From: Patescibacteria group bacterium
GTDB lineage: Bacteria > Patescibacteriota > Microgenomatia > 0-14-0-10-38-17
Direction: 5' to 3'
DNA length: 64,000 nucleotides
Assembly (NCBI GenBank): GCA_050953885.1
Contig: JBMNNJ010000001.1
Span: 399,437-463,436, forward strand
The position numbers were made by a program, and so were the translations under genes. The notes beneath the pieces are model-generated. The model was given only the letters and a program-made list of their open reading frames with translations, was not told the origin of the DNA and did not search any database. The number at the start of each line of letters is the position of its first letter. Within the stretch, counting starts at the first letter, position 1. Below, one piece after another: positions 19,339 to 29,072 of the stretch.

Positions 19339-19482
19339 CAAGAATAAAAGCGCGCGGGTGGAACCAATTCCCTCTTCCGGGCCTACAAAAAAATAAGGGA
19401 ACAACAGCAAGTCGCAGACTTAAACTCCCAACTCAAGCTTAAGGGGGTGACTTTTTGAAAAAAATAGGTTAAAATAAGAAAG

Positions 19483-19653
19483 ATGAGTCAAAAAACGAAA
19501 AAGAAAAACGTTAATTTTCAGGCAAAACCAAAGCAAGGGGGCTTTTACCAGCAATTATTGGCCTACTTTGAAACTAAAAGACTTAAGAGTTTGGGAAAAA
19601 TAAAATTTCAAACTCCTCATTGGTGGCAAATAAAAAACAAAAATAAAAAATAA
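19483..19653 (+). CDS. Small basic hypothetical protein (56 aa)
   Basis: Hand-translated MSQKTKKKNVNFQAKP...WWQIKNKNKK; stop 3 nt before rpmG. Confidence 0.45.
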   Translation: MSQKTKKKNVNFQAKPKQGGFYQQLLAYFETKRLKSLGKIKFQTPHWWQIKNKNKK

Positions 19654-19656
19654 TCT

Positions 19657-19830
19657 ATGGCTAAAAAAGGAGCCCGACAATTTATCGGTTTAGTTTGTGC
19701 CGCTTGCGGTCAGCAAAATTATGTGAGTCAGAAAAATAAAACTAACACGCCCCAAAAGGTTAACATCAAGAAATATTGTCCTTTCTGCCGCAAGACCACG
19801 GATCACAAAGAAACGAGCAAGTTGAAATAA
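19657..19830 (+). CDS. rpmG: 50S ribosomal protein L33 (zinc form, 57 aa)
   Basis: MAKKGARQFIGLVCAAC...NYVSQKNK...KKYCPFCRKTTDHKE; below the ORF-track cutoff. Confidence 0.95.
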   Translation: MAKKGARQFIGLVCAACGQQNYVSQKNKTNTPQKVNIKKYCPFCRKTTDHKETSKLK

Positions 19831-19879
19831 AGCAAGAATTACTTTTAATTTTTTCCGCCTCAGGCGGAAAACTTTTTTT

Positions 19880-19952
19880 AGGGACGTAGCTCAATTGGCA
19901 GAGCCGCGGTCTCCAAAACCGCAGGTTAGAGGTTCAACCCCTCTCGTCCCTG
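19880..19952 (+). tRNA. tRNA-Trp(CCA)
   Basis: Cloverleaf; GCGGT-CTCCAAA-ACCGC; usual position after rpmG. Confidence 0.95.
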
Positions 19953-19979
19953 CCCTATTTTAGCCCTTTACTGAGGAAC

Positions 19980-20615
19980 TTACCTCTCCTGCTCCTGATA
20001 CAAAATCCAGTCGGCACTGTTAACCACGCCGTCTTTGTTAATATCGAATTCGGCGTTACTCGTCCCAAACACCTTCTTAAAATCATCCAAGGTATATTTT
20101 CCTCCTGTTGGAGAAATAACCGGTGATAAATTTTGCGTCGGCGTTGCTATTGGCCGAGAAATAACCGCCGTCGGAGAAACTAAGGGAAGTGTTGGCGACA
20201 CCCCCGGCGAAGGCATCTTTGCCACCGCTTCTTTGGTGGTAAAAGAGTAAGGAGCGCCGTTATCATCGTAAATCTCCTCCCCTACTCTGATACGAAAATA
20301 ATAAATCGTTTCCGGCAAAAGCGGCGAGAGACTAACATTATGATTAGTGGTTGGCGATGTTTCTGTTGCCCGCAGTAAAAAACTTCCCGGAGTTGTCCCG
20401 TATTCAACTTGTCCTACCACCGGCTCTGTTGTTTGCCAAGAAATAGCCGCGCTGTTAGCGCTAATATTGGCCACCCGCACTCCCTGCGGTTTTGCCCCTC
20501 CTGTCGCTTCACCAAAAAAAGTCCGAATTGCTCCCATTTGCCAAACAACAATTCCCACCACCACAATCGCTAAAATCCCTCCCCCTGCCATCAAAATTGT
20601 CTTTTTATTCTTCAT
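19980..20615 (-). CDS. Membrane-anchored FN3/purple-acid-phosphatase-N-like domain protein with C-terminal dockerin-like motif
   Basis: N-terminal TM; SAAISWQT...VEYGT...LLPETIYYFRI; Pro/Thr linker; DINKDGVVNSAD. Confidence 0.75.
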   Translation of the reverse strand: MKNKKTILMAGGGILAIVVVGIVVWQMGAIRTFFGEATGGAKPQGVRVANISANSAAISWQTTEPVVGQVEYGTTPGSFLLRATETSPTTNHNVSLSPLLPETIYYFRIRVGEEIYDDNGAPYSFTTKEAVAKMPSPGVSPTLPLVSPTAVISRPIATPTQNLSPVISPTGGKYTLDDFKKVFGTSNAEFDINKDGVVNSADWILYQEQER

Positions 20616-20635
20616 TGCTCAAACAACGCTCAATT

Positions 20636-21319
20636 TTAGGCAGAGTTTTCTTCTCTTCTTTTTAAAGACCAAGCCACCCCGCCTAAGGAAAAGAAAAAAC
20701 CTATCCCTAAAAGCCCCGCCGTTAATTCAAAAACGCCTGTCTCGGGTAAAGCTGTCGAAGTAGCCTCACCGGTCGGGGTTGCTTCTCCCCCTCCCACCGG
20801 CACGGTTGCCGCTGTAATGGTGTAAGAGCCGGTGCCATTGGCACTACAAACAATCACATCTATTTGCCCTTCGTTGATATTGGAATCGGCCGTTGAACCG
20901 CTTTGGCAACTAAAAGTAAGCCTGGCTGTGCCTGCCTTTTTGGCCTTAAAATTAATCGTGGCCAGCGTTCCGGTACCGGTTTTGGGGGCATTGCTATCCG
21001 CCACGCCATAAATTTTTACTTCTCCCAAAACACTGGTATCACTCGTCGTGGTAGGGAAAAATCGCCCTTCTTCAACACTCGTTACCTCCAAAAGGCTGCT
21101 GTCAAAAGCCACCACCGCATCAGCACTGCTAATACTTTTCCCGCCGGTATTAATTTCCACCGCCACCGCTAATGTTTCTCCTGTTTCTATAGTAGTTGCC
21201 GCCGGGGAAAAAGAAAAATGCGGTGACACAGTCTGCGCCTCCACAGCACTCCCCCCTAACAACAAACCAAAACTAGCGACTAAAACTAAAAAAGAAAAGA
21301 AAAACTTTCGCTTACTCAT
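20636..21319 (-). CDS. Secreted cohesin-like domain protein with LPXTG-type anchor
   Basis: Signal peptide; ADAVVAFDSSLLEV, GTLATINFKAKKAG; C-terminal LPETG + TM + KRR. Confidence 0.75.
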   Translation of the reverse strand: MSKRKFFFSFLVLVASFGLLLGGSAVEAQTVSPHFSFSPAATTIETGETLAVAVEINTGGKSISSADAVVAFDSSLLEVTSVEEGRFFPTTTSDTSVLGEVKIYGVADSNAPKTGTGTLATINFKAKKAGTARLTFSCQSGSTADSNINEGQIDVIVCSANGTGSYTITAATVPVGGGEATPTGEATSTALPETGVFELTAGLLGIGFFFSLGGVAWSLKRREENSA

Positions 21320-21456
21320 TTCTTAATCATCTTATACTAATAAAAGTCCTAATGTCAAGAAGAAAGTTTTCCTAAAATTAGGAATGATAAATAAAGGTTA
21401 TTATCTTTGGGCAACAATTACAAGAGGAAAAACAATCAATTAAAAGAGGATCATGG

Positions 21457-22212
21457 CTACACCGCCACGTTTACACCCGGTCCCATTGTCGCGCAAATTA
21501 TTATTTTTTTAATATTCTCTTTGCCTACCCCACTAATCACCGCCTGCAAGTTCTCTTGCAATTCTTTTTCCGCCTGGCTAACTTGACCAAAAACAAGATG
21601 AATTAAAGGAGCTTTTTTTTCTGTTCGCACTATCGCCGCCCCTTTCCCCATCTCCTCCGCTGCTTTTTGGGGGTTTTCCACCAAAGTACCATTCTTGGGA
21701 TTGGGCATCAATCCCAAGGGGCCTAAAGTTTTAGCATAAGGCAAAAGAGCAGGCATCGTTTTGGGGCTAGCAAGAAGAACATCAAAGTCAATTTGCCCTT
21801 TTTTAATCTTTTCAACTACTTCAGGGTCATCAGCAATCGCGATTCTCTTTTGTTTGCCCGTGGAGTAAGGAAAATTTACTTTGGCCGTTAAACCTACTTT
21901 TTTTACCACCAAATGAGCCTCTGCTTTCCCATCAAAACGGCTTATTGAAGTTTTTTTTAACAGAGCAACCGCCTCTTTAAGGGGATATTTTTTACCTTTC
22001 TCCAATTGGGTCACTATTTTTTGGTATTTTTTTCCTCTTGCCTTCCTCTTAGCGGCTTTTCCCTTTCGGATTTTTCCTTTTTCCCCCTGCTCTTTCTCCG
22101 TAATTTCTTTTACCGGCTTCTTTTCTTCCCTCCTTTCTCCCATTTTCTTTTCTTCCGGTTTTTTTTCTTTTTTTTGGTTTTCACCTACTGAGGTAATTCT
22201 TTTTTTTCCCAT
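21457..22212 (-). CDS. rplA: 50S ribosomal protein L1
   Basis: LGPLGLMPNPKNGT, ATMGPGV; Lys/Glu-rich N-terminal extension. Confidence 0.95.
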   Translation of the reverse strand: MGKKRITSVGENQKKEKKPEEKKMGERREEKKPVKEITEKEQGEKGKIRKGKAAKRKARGKKYQKIVTQLEKGKKYPLKEAVALLKKTSISRFDGKAEAHLVVKKVGLTAKVNFPYSTGKQKRIAIADDPEVVEKIKKGQIDFDVLLASPKTMPALLPYAKTLGPLGLMPNPKNGTLVENPQKAAEEMGKGAAIVRTEKKAPLIHLVFGQVSQAEKELQENLQAVISGVGKENIKKIIICATMGPGVNVAV

Positions 22213-22229
22213 AATAAAATTTAAATTTT

Positions 22230-22655
22230 TTAACTGGTCACCTCTATTCCCATGCTGCGCGCCGTTCCCGCCACAATTTTTTTTGCTTTCTCTGGGTCAG
22301 ACGTATTAAAATCCTCTTTCTTAATTTGGGCAATTTTTTCTATCTGCGCCGCGCTTATCTTCCCCACAATATTTTTTCCCGCCTCCATTGATCCCTTTTC
22401 AATCCCTACTTCTTTTTTAATCAAATCCGTCACCGGCGGCAATTTAGTCACAAAATCAAAAGAATGATCTTCATAAACAGTAATTACAGCCGGAATAATC
22501 ATCCCCTTTTTCTCTGCCGTCTGCGCGTTGTATTCTTTTACAAAATCCATAATCGGAACGCCGTGCTGCCCTAAAATCGGCCCCACCGGCGGCGCCGGAG
22601 TGGCTTCTCCTGCGGGTAAGTTAATTTTAATTTTGGCAATAACTTTTTTAGCCAT
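22230..22655 (-). CDS. rplK: 50S ribosomal protein L11
   Basis: [22 protein letters not shown]. Confidence 0.98.
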   Translation of the reverse strand: MAKKVIAKIKINLPAGEATPAPPVGPILGQHGVPIMDFVKEYNAQTAEKKGMIIPAVITVYEDHSFDFVTKLPPVTDLIKKEVGIEKGSMEAGKNIVGKISAAQIEKIAQIKKEDFNTSDPEKAKKIVAGTARSMGIEVTS

Positions 22656-22666
22656 CAGTTTTTTAT

Positions 22667-23263
22667 TTAAACTTTCCTTGCTTGCAAAAAATCTAATTCT
22701 ACTGGGGTTTCTCGGCCAAAAATAGAAACCATCACCTTAAGTTTCCCTTTTTCTTCGTCAACCTCATCAACCGTTCCTAAAAAATCGGCAAAAGGACCTT
22801 CAGTAATCTTTACCGCTTCTCCGGGAGAGAATTTAACCTTAAACTTAGGTTTTTCCGCCGCCAGATACTTTTCGATTACTCTTACCTCCTGTTCGGAAAC
22901 CGGTGTGGGCTGATTACCGCCCGTCCCCACAAAACCCGCAACCCCCCATGTTTCCCTCACTACCGCCCACGAATTATCGTCCAAAATCATTTTCACAAAA
23001 ACATAACCCGGAAAAAGCACTTCTTTTTTCGAAAACCGCTTCCCTCCTCTAATTTTTAGTCTTTCCTCTTTAGGGATCAAAATCTCCCAAAACTTATCTT
23101 CCTGCTTGAACGACTTAATCCTTTGTAAGAGCATTTTGGCCACCTTGTCTTCCTGCCCAGAATAAGTATGAATAATATACCATTGGGCTTGAGGATGCTG
23201 GTCTTCCCTTAAAATCCAATGGCTTTCCTCTCCTTTATTTTTTTTCTTTCCTGTTTTAGCCAT
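22667..23263 (-). CDS. nusG: Transcription termination/antitermination factor NusG
   Basis: [39 protein letters not shown]. Confidence 0.98.
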   Translation of the reverse strand: MAKTGKKKNKGEESHWILREDQHPQAQWYIIHTYSGQEDKVAKMLLQRIKSFKQEDKFWEILIPKEERLKIRGGKRFSKKEVLFPGYVFVKMILDDNSWAVVRETWGVAGFVGTGGNQPTPVSEQEVRVIEKYLAAEKPKFKVKFSPGEAVKITEGPFADFLGTVDEVDEEKGKLKVMVSIFGRETPVELDFLQARKV

Positions 23264-23269
23264 ATAAAA

Positions 23270-23449
23270 TTATAGAATCAAATTGATAAATTGGGTAAAT
23301 AAAAAATCAATGCCCGCAAAAAATAAACCTAAGCCAAGGCACACACTTATTACCAAAAGCGTCAAATGAATTACCTCCTCTCGCGCTGGCCATGTTACTC
23401 TCTTTAGCTCCCCAAAAGCTTCTTTAATAAACTTCTTTAGTTTTCTCAT
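23270..23449 (-). CDS. secE: Preprotein translocase subunit SecE (59 aa)
   Basis: Hand translation MRKLKKFIKEAFGELKRVTWPAREE + TM; upstream of nusG. Confidence 0.95.
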   Translation of the reverse strand: MRKLKKFIKEAFGELKRVTWPAREEVIHLTLLVISVCLGLGLFFAGIDFLFTQFINLIL

Positions 23450-23488
23450 GGCCTTATTTTATCACAAGAAGCTTATTCTTTTAGCCTC

Positions 23489-23875
23489 TTATTTTAATTC
23501 TACTTTCGCCCCCGCGGCTTCCATTTTCTTCTTTGCCTCCTCTGCTTCTTCTTTTTTTACCTCTTTTAAAATTTCTGCGGGCGCGCTTTCCACTAAATCT
23601 TTAGCCTCTTTAAGCCCTAATGCCTGATTAACCTCTCTTACCGCCTTAATAACGGCAATTTTGTTTGCCCCGGCATCGGTTAAAACAAGATTATATGCAG
23701 ACTTTTCTTCTTGCGGTTCTTCTGCAGCGGTACTCGCCACAGGAGCAGCCATCATTGTAGGCGAAACCCCAAATTTTTCCTCCAAGGCTTTTACTAATTC
23801 CGCCAACTCCAACACTGAAAGTTTGGAAATTGACTCAATAATGGTTTCTACTTGAGAACTTTTCTTTTCTTCCAT
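23489..23875 (-). CDS. rplL: 50S ribosomal protein L7/L12
   Basis: [28 protein letters not shown]. Confidence 0.98.
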   Translation of the reverse strand: MEEKKSSQVETIIESISKLSVLELAELVKALEEKFGVSPTMMAAPVASTAAEEPQEEKSAYNLVLTDAGANKIAVIKAVREVNQALGLKEAKDLVESAPAEILKEVKKEEAEEAKKKMEAAGAKVELK

Positions 23876-24432
23876 TAATTTTCACCTCCCTTAATTTCTT
23901 TGTTTTGACTAATTTGTCTAAGAACAAAAATAAAATTGCCAAGCAATCCTGATAAAACCAATTGCATCCTCATCAGCGGTCCTTCTATTCCTAAAATTGT
24001 TTGGCCAATTAACTCTTCAAACGAAGGAAGATTAGCCAACCTGCTCACTTCCTCTCCTTTTAAAAGCAACGGTTCCTCTTTGCCTAAAAGCGCTCCTCCT
24101 TTAAAAACAACCTCCATTCCCTCTTTCTTTAAAATCTCAAAAACTTTTTTTAGCGCTTTAATTTCTTCCTCGCGGCCAAAGATACAGACCGTCGGGCCCA
24201 TTAAGAGCCTCTCATCCAAATTAATTCCTTGTGCCGTTAAAGCTCTATGAAAAAGACTATTTTTAACCACTAAAAACTCTCCTCCCGAATTTCTTGCTTC
24301 TTGGCGCAACCTATTCATCAGGTCTGCCTTAATACCATTAAAATTAACTAAAAAAAAGCTTTGCGCCTCCTTTACCTTTTTCTCCAAATCTTCCACCTGG
24401 CGGATTTTATTTTGATTAACCATTTTTTCCAT
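23875..24432 (-). CDS. rplJ: 50S ribosomal protein L10
   Basis: VVKNSL, GPT, LANLPS; upstream of rplL. Confidence 0.93.
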   Translation of the reverse strand: MEKMVNQNKIRQVEDLEKKVKEAQSFFLVNFNGIKADLMNRLRQEARNSGGEFLVVKNSLFHRALTAQGINLDERLLMGPTVCIFGREEEIKALKKVFEILKKEGMEVVFKGGALLGKEEPLLLKGEEVSRLANLPSFEELIGQTILGIEGPLMRMQLVLSGLLGNFIFVLRQISQNKEIKGGEN

Positions 24433-24437
24433 AAAAA

Positions 24438-24535
24438 AACACCTCTTGCCGAGGTGTCTTTTCTCAAACTAAAACAGTTCTTTTCCTCGGCAGGAAATTA
24501 AGCTTTCTTAAAAAAGCGCCTGCTGTCTTTGGCTT
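24438..24535 (-). promoter_or_regulatory. L10 leader (ribosomal protein autoregulatory RNA)
   Basis: Minus strand CCAAAGACAGCAGG...TTAATTTCCTGCCGAGG, then a CACCTCGGCAAGAGGTG hairpin before rplJ; resembles the known L10-leader pattern. Confidence 0.75.
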
Positions 24536-24640
24536 TTTTATTTTTACCACGAACGGGGATTAATGTCAACTACCAGATACATGAGACGAGAACAAAGCTC
24601 GTAATACCGTAATAGGTAATAAAATAGGTAATAAAAATTG

Positions 24641-24733
24641 GTAGGGGCCGAACCCATGTGTCGACCCGATTAATGGTTTTAAACGGACGAATTACAGGCC
24701 CTTTCACGGGCGGACACATGGGTTCGCCCCTAC
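24641..24733. repeat. REPIN-like GTAG REP pair, inverted homologue of 8874-8963
   Basis: GTAGGGGCCGAACCCATGTGTCGACCC...GGGCGGACACATGGGTTCGCCCCTAC with shared spacer GATTAATGGTTTTAAA. Confidence 0.85.
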
Positions 24734-24936
24734 AATTCGTGTCTATTCGTTTCCCATTCGCATTAATTCGCGTATCCCAACATATAGTAATGTGTTTTTT
24801 TAATTTCTCAATTTCAGCGAGCGAAGCGAGCGAATTTCTTAATTTCTTTTTTTAATAACGTAACCGTTTAATAATTTAGAAATATTTTCCCTGTTGACAA
24901 TCTAATAAATATTTTGATATACTTTTAACTATAAAA

Positions 24937-25167
24937 ATGGAAAACACTAACTCTTCAGCCAAAAATAAATCAAAGCTCTCTTTAGAAAACCTGCCCGATC
25001 TTCTGACCGTCCGGGAAGTAGCCGAAATCCTGCGGGTTTCTCCCCTAACAATCAAACGCTGGGGCAAAAGAGGTAAATTACCGGCAATTAGAATCAACGC
25101 CCGAGGCGATCGGCGCTACCGCAAAGAGCAAGTTCTCTGGCTTCTAGGAATGGAAGAAAAAAAATAA
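24937..25167 (+). CDS. MerR/excisionase-like (HTH_17, BldC-like) DNA-binding protein
   Basis: LLTVREVAEILRVSPLTIKRW...G.RRY; TTGACA(24894)-18 nt-TATACT upstream. Confidence 0.85.
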   Translation: MENTNSSAKNKSKLSLENLPDLLTVREVAEILRVSPLTIKRWGKRGKLPAIRINARGDRRYRKEQVLWLLGMEEKK

Positions 25168-25173
25168 AAACCT

Positions 25174-26208
25174 TTAACCTCTTAGGGAATGCTGATATAA
25201 ATCAATGTTTTCAAGAGCAACCCCTATCCCCTTAATGACACAATAAAGAGGATCGGGGGCAATAAAACAAGGCACGCCTGTTTCTTGAGTAAGGAAACGA
25301 TCCAGACCGGCAAGAAGACTGGTACCACCGCTAATTATCATCCCCCGATCGATAATATCCCGAGAAAGTTCTGGCGGTGTCTCCTCAAAAACCTCCTTAA
25401 TCCCCCTCACTATCTGATGCAAAACAGGCATCATCGCCTTATTAACTTCACCGCTGGTAAGGCTAATCGATCGGGGCAAGGCAGTAAGAGAGTCTCTTCC
25501 CTTAATCTCCATTGTCTTCTCTCCTTTTCTCTCCATAGCGCTACCAATCGTAATTTTAATTTCTTCTGCTGTCTGCTCGCCGATAATTAAACCGTAATTT
25601 TTACGCAGGTAAGAAGCAATGGCTTCATCTAATTTATTTCCTCCCACTCGTAATGACTGATGAGCGACCACTCCTCCCAAGGCGATAACGGCAATTTCCG
25701 CCGCCCCGCCACCAATGTCAACAATCATATTTCCCGAAGCTTCGGCAATAGGCATTTGGCTACCAATTGCGGCCGCTAATGGCTCATCAATAAGATAAAC
25801 CTTGCGCGCGCCGGCGGAAAGGGCCGCTCCAATCACCGCCCTTCTTTCTACCTGCGTTGCTCCGGCAGGAATACACACCATTATCTCCGGTTTAAAAAAA
25901 TGAGCTCCCAAAGATTTTCTAATAAAATAGCGAATAAGCGCTTCGGTAACTTTATAGTTTGCCACCACTCCTTCCTTAAGAGGTCTTAAAATAGTAATGT
26001 TTTGCGGGGTTTTGCCTAACATTTTTTTTGCTTCCTGCCCTATAGCAAGCACACGATTATCCTTATAGGCAAGCGCCACCACTGTTGGCTCATTCAAAAC
26101 AATTCCCTTACCCTTAAGGTAAACCAAAGAATTAGCCGTGCCTAAATCAACCCCCAAGGCGGGAGAGGAAAATTTCTCATTAAAAAAATTGACCAGCTTT
26201 CTTTCCAT
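25174..26208 (-). CDS. mreB: Second MreB/Mbl paralogue
   Basis: GVDLGTAN, DEPLAAAIG, DIGGG; start uncertain (26208 or 26244). Confidence 0.9.
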   Translation of the reverse strand: MERKLVNFFNEKFSSPALGVDLGTANSLVYLKGKGIVLNEPTVVALAYKDNRVLAIGQEAKKMLGKTPQNITILRPLKEGVVANYKVTEALIRYFIRKSLGAHFFKPEIMVCIPAGATQVERRAVIGAALSAGARKVYLIDEPLAAAIGSQMPIAEASGNMIVDIGGGAAEIAVIALGGVVAHQSLRVGGNKLDEAIASYLRKNYGLIIGEQTAEEIKITIGSAMERKGEKTMEIKGRDSLTALPRSISLTSGEVNKAMMPVLHQIVRGIKEVFEETPPELSRDIIDRGMIISGGTSLLAGLDRFLTQETGVPCFIAPDPLYCVIKGIGVALENIDLYQHSLRG

Positions 26209-26249
26209 AAAAACACTAAATACCTTAAACTTATTATATAGCATTAAAC

Positions 26250-26450
26250 AGAGATTGTTATATTGCTAAACTGTTAAATTGCTAAAGAAATTCAAAAATT
26301 AAAATTTAAAAGTCAAAAGTACAAGTCAAAATTCAAAAGTAGAGCGAAAACTTTTAACTTTTAACTTGTAATTTTGAATTTTGACTTTTGCATTTTGAAT
26401 TATTTTTACACCGACCATCGGCTCATTCGTGTCTATTAACAACATAGTAA
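26250..26450. repeat. Composite intergenic heptamer hairpin (palindrome-free allele)
   Basis: TTGCTAAA octamers, a TCAAAA array and an inverted TTTTGA array. Confidence 0.8.
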
Positions 26451-26521
26451 CTTCAGCCCTTCTCGCCCCAAAAATTCCCAAAATGTATTATAATAAGGTA
26501 TCTATTAATTTAACCTGAAAA

Positions 26522-27787
26522 ATGACCCGAGCGCAAAAAAGAATTGCCATCAGCCTTTTAACTCTTTTTGTTGTCCTAGGCGGGACAATCTCAATCAGCC
26601 TTTTAGCCCGCGGTTATCGTCCTGATTTCCAAGAAAAAGAACTTAAGCCCACCGGCTTATTGGTAGTTAATTCTTTTCCCAAAGGAGCCCAAGTTTTTAT
26701 TAATGGCAAACTAACCACCGCCACCAACCAAACCATCAATCTTCCGCCGGGAGAATATCGGGTAACCATTAAAAAACCAGGGTTTTCTTCGTGGGAAAAA
26801 AACATTACCTTAGAAAAAGAAATTGTTACCAATATCGACGCTTATCTTTTTCCCCTTGCGCCCGACCTTAAAGCCCTTACTTTTTCTCCTACTCTGAACC
26901 CTCTTCTTTCGCCCGACGGCACCAAGCTAATTTACTTTTCTCCCCAAGAAAAAGAAAACCCTCAAGTCCAAAATGCCACCCAAACAGCTACTCTTCTCCC
27001 TCAAGAAAGAGGAGGCATCTGGCTTATTGATTTAACAGAAAAACCTCTTGGCCGTTCTTTTCAGCCCCGTCTTTTAGTGAAAACACCTCAGGACCTATCT
27101 CTTGAGCAAATTGAAACCGAATGGTCTCCCGACTCCAGACAAATTCTTCTTACTATTAACTCAAAAGACGAAAAAAGTAAGCAATATTTTCTTCTCGAAG
27201 TTAATCAAACTTATGACTTCACTCTTTCTCCTCTTATCAGCACTACAAGCGCTCAAGTGATAACTATTCTTAACTCTTGGGAAAAACAAAAAAACCAGCA
27301 AAATAAAGCTCTTTTAAAGAGATTGCCCGAAGAAATGCAAACCCTTTTAGAAGAAAAAGCTGTTAGCTTCTCTTTTTCTCCTGATGAAAGCAAAGTGCTC
27401 TATCAGGCAGGAAGTGACTTCCAAATCAAAGAAAAGCTTTTACCCCACGAAATTATTGGCGCCTCAACCCAAAAAGAAGAAAGAACAGTTAAGAAAAACC
27501 AATGGTACGTTTATGACCTTAGAGAAGACAAAAACTTTCTTGTCCTTAGCAATGAAGAAAATACTAAAATTAGCTGGTTCCCCACTTCTCTCCACCTCCT
27601 TTTAATAAAAGAAGGTGAGGTGGCAATTGAAGATTATGACGGCAAGGTACGCACTACTGTTTATGCCGGCCCTTTTGATAACGGCTTTGTTTTCCCCCTC
27701 CCTTCCGCCAAGGGATTGCTAATTCTCACTTCTTTAAACAACAATACCGACTACACTCCAAATCTCTACTCTATCAATTTTTACTAA
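26522..27787 (+). CDS. PEGA-domain membrane-anchored protein with beta-propeller-like repeats
   Basis: TM; GLLVVNSFPKGAQVFING...KPGFSSW; SPDG/WSPD/FSPD repeats. Confidence 0.8.
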   Translation: MTRAQKRIAISLLTLFVVLGGTISISLLARGYRPDFQEKELKPTGLLVVNSFPKGAQVFINGKLTTATNQTINLPPGEYRVTIKKPGFSSWEKNITLEKEIVTNIDAYLFPLAPDLKALTFSPTLNPLLSPDGTKLIYFSPQEKENPQVQNATQTATLLPQERGGIWLIDLTEKPLGRSFQPRLLVKTPQDLSLEQIETEWSPDSRQILLTINSKDEKSKQYFLLEVNQTYDFTLSPLISTTSAQVITILNSWEKQKNQQNKALLKRLPEEMQTLLEEKAVSFSFSPDESKVLYQAGSDFQIKEKLLPHEIIGASTQKEERTVKKNQWYVYDLREDKNFLVLSNEENTKISWFPTSLHLLLIKEGEVAIEDYDGKVRTTVYAGPFDNGFVFPLPSAKGLLILTSLNNNTDYTPNLYSINFY

Positions 27788-27925
27788 ACCTCCCCTTTTC
27801 CTGCAAATCAAAGATTAATAAAGATGGCGAGGCTTATCAAGATAATATCTAGGAATATCCCGTAGTAATTTAACAATTTAGCAACTTAACAGTTTAACAA
27901 TCCTATTTTTACTTTTGACTTTAAG

Positions 27926-27997
27926 TGCCTCTACCAGGAATTGAACCTGGATCGACCGCTTAGGAGGCGATTGCTCTTTCCGTTGAGCTATAGAGGC
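27926..27997 (-). tRNA. tRNA-Arg(CCT)
   Basis: Reverse complement cloverleaf; ATCGC-CTCCTAA-GCGGT. Confidence 0.93.
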
Positions 27998-28055
27998 TAA
28001 CTTTATTGAATTTTATCATTTTTTCGGCTAAAATAAAAAAAAGAAGAAGACTCTT

Positions 28056-28132
28056 CGGGGATTGGCCTAGCGGCTTAAGGCGCCACGTTCGGGACGTGGA
28101 GATCACCAGTTCAAATCTGGTATCCCCGACCA
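28056..28132 (+). tRNA. tRNA-Pro(CGG)
   Basis: CGGGGAT acceptor; CCACG-TTCGGGA-CGTGG; encoded CCA. Confidence 0.93.
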
Positions 28133-28195
28133 AAACAAATAAACTTTTTTTCACGTGATACCCTCATCGCTTCCTTAATTTCGAAAGTTATCGCC

Positions 28196-28229
28196 ACCCC
28201 CGGAGTTGCTGCTTTGGCAATTCCGGGGG
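28196..28229. terminator. GC-rich hairpin between convergent tRNA-Pro and ndk
   Basis: CCCCCGGAGTTGC...GCAATTCCGGGGG. Confidence 0.5.
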
Positions 28230-28246
28230 TAGCTTTTAACCACTTT

Positions 28247-28795
28247 CTAATAGGAAAAAATTTCCTCCTCTTTAAACCAAAGCTGTTTTTCTAAACTTGC
28301 CTCATCAGGGCTCCCGGAAGCGTGAACTAAATTATGAACGGATCTTTTTTCCCGATTCGACAAAGAAGGTGAATCCAGACCAAAATCTCCCCTGATTGTT
28401 CCCGGCGGCGCTGTTAAAGGATAAGTAGGGCCCACAATTTTGCGAACTACCTCTATCGCTACCGGTCCTTCCCAAACCATTGCCAAAACCGGCCCTTCGG
28501 TTAAATAATCCACATTCCATTTTTGAACTAATTTTCCTATCTGGCGGTTGGTAAGCTTGGAAAACTCTTCTCCTTCATCCAAGCCCTCCTGCTGATAAAA
28601 CTCCTTCACTTTTCGGCCCACATTTTCAAACCACTCGTCATTATAACCATAATGTTTTGTAGCCAGTTCAGGCTTTACGACAACCAATTTTGCGGCTACC
28701 ATTTTTAACCCCGCTTTTTCAAAACGAGAAATAATTTCGCCCACCAGACCGCGCTTCACGCCATCAGGCTTAATTAAAACTAAAGTTTGTTCCAT
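28247..28795 (-). CDS. ndk: Nucleoside diphosphate kinase
   Basis: EQTLVLIKPDGV, PGTIRGDF, NLVHASGS; GGAGGTG RBS before ATG 28795. Confidence 0.96.
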   Translation of the reverse strand: MEQTLVLIKPDGVKRGLVGEIISRFEKAGLKMVAAKLVVVKPELATKHYGYNDEWFENVGRKVKEFYQQEGLDEGEEFSKLTNRQIGKLVQKWNVDYLTEGPVLAMVWEGPVAIEVVRKIVGPTYPLTAPPGTIRGDFGLDSPSLSNREKRSVHNLVHASGSPDEASLEKQLWFKEEEIFSY

Positions 28796-29072
28796 TCTTC
28801 TCACCTCCTCTTTGTTAAGATATTAAGATACTAAGATACAAAGAAACACACTAAAAAATTTAAAAGTCAGTAATCCGTAATTAAAGAAGTGTAAAGTGCA
28901 AATATCAAAGAGTAAAGCCTAAATCAAAGTTCAAAAATATTTTTAATCTTTAGTTTTTGATTTTGGTTTTGCGCTTTGATTTTTGATATTTGATTTATTT
29001 TTATATTATTCGCTCATTCGTGTTCATTCGTTTCCTATTCGTTTTAATTCGTGTTTCTTAACAATTTGTTCT

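Noticed and set aside
18793-19442. Short ORFs around the tRNA cluster
   Set aside because: They overlap tRNAs or the structured RNA and have no protein features.
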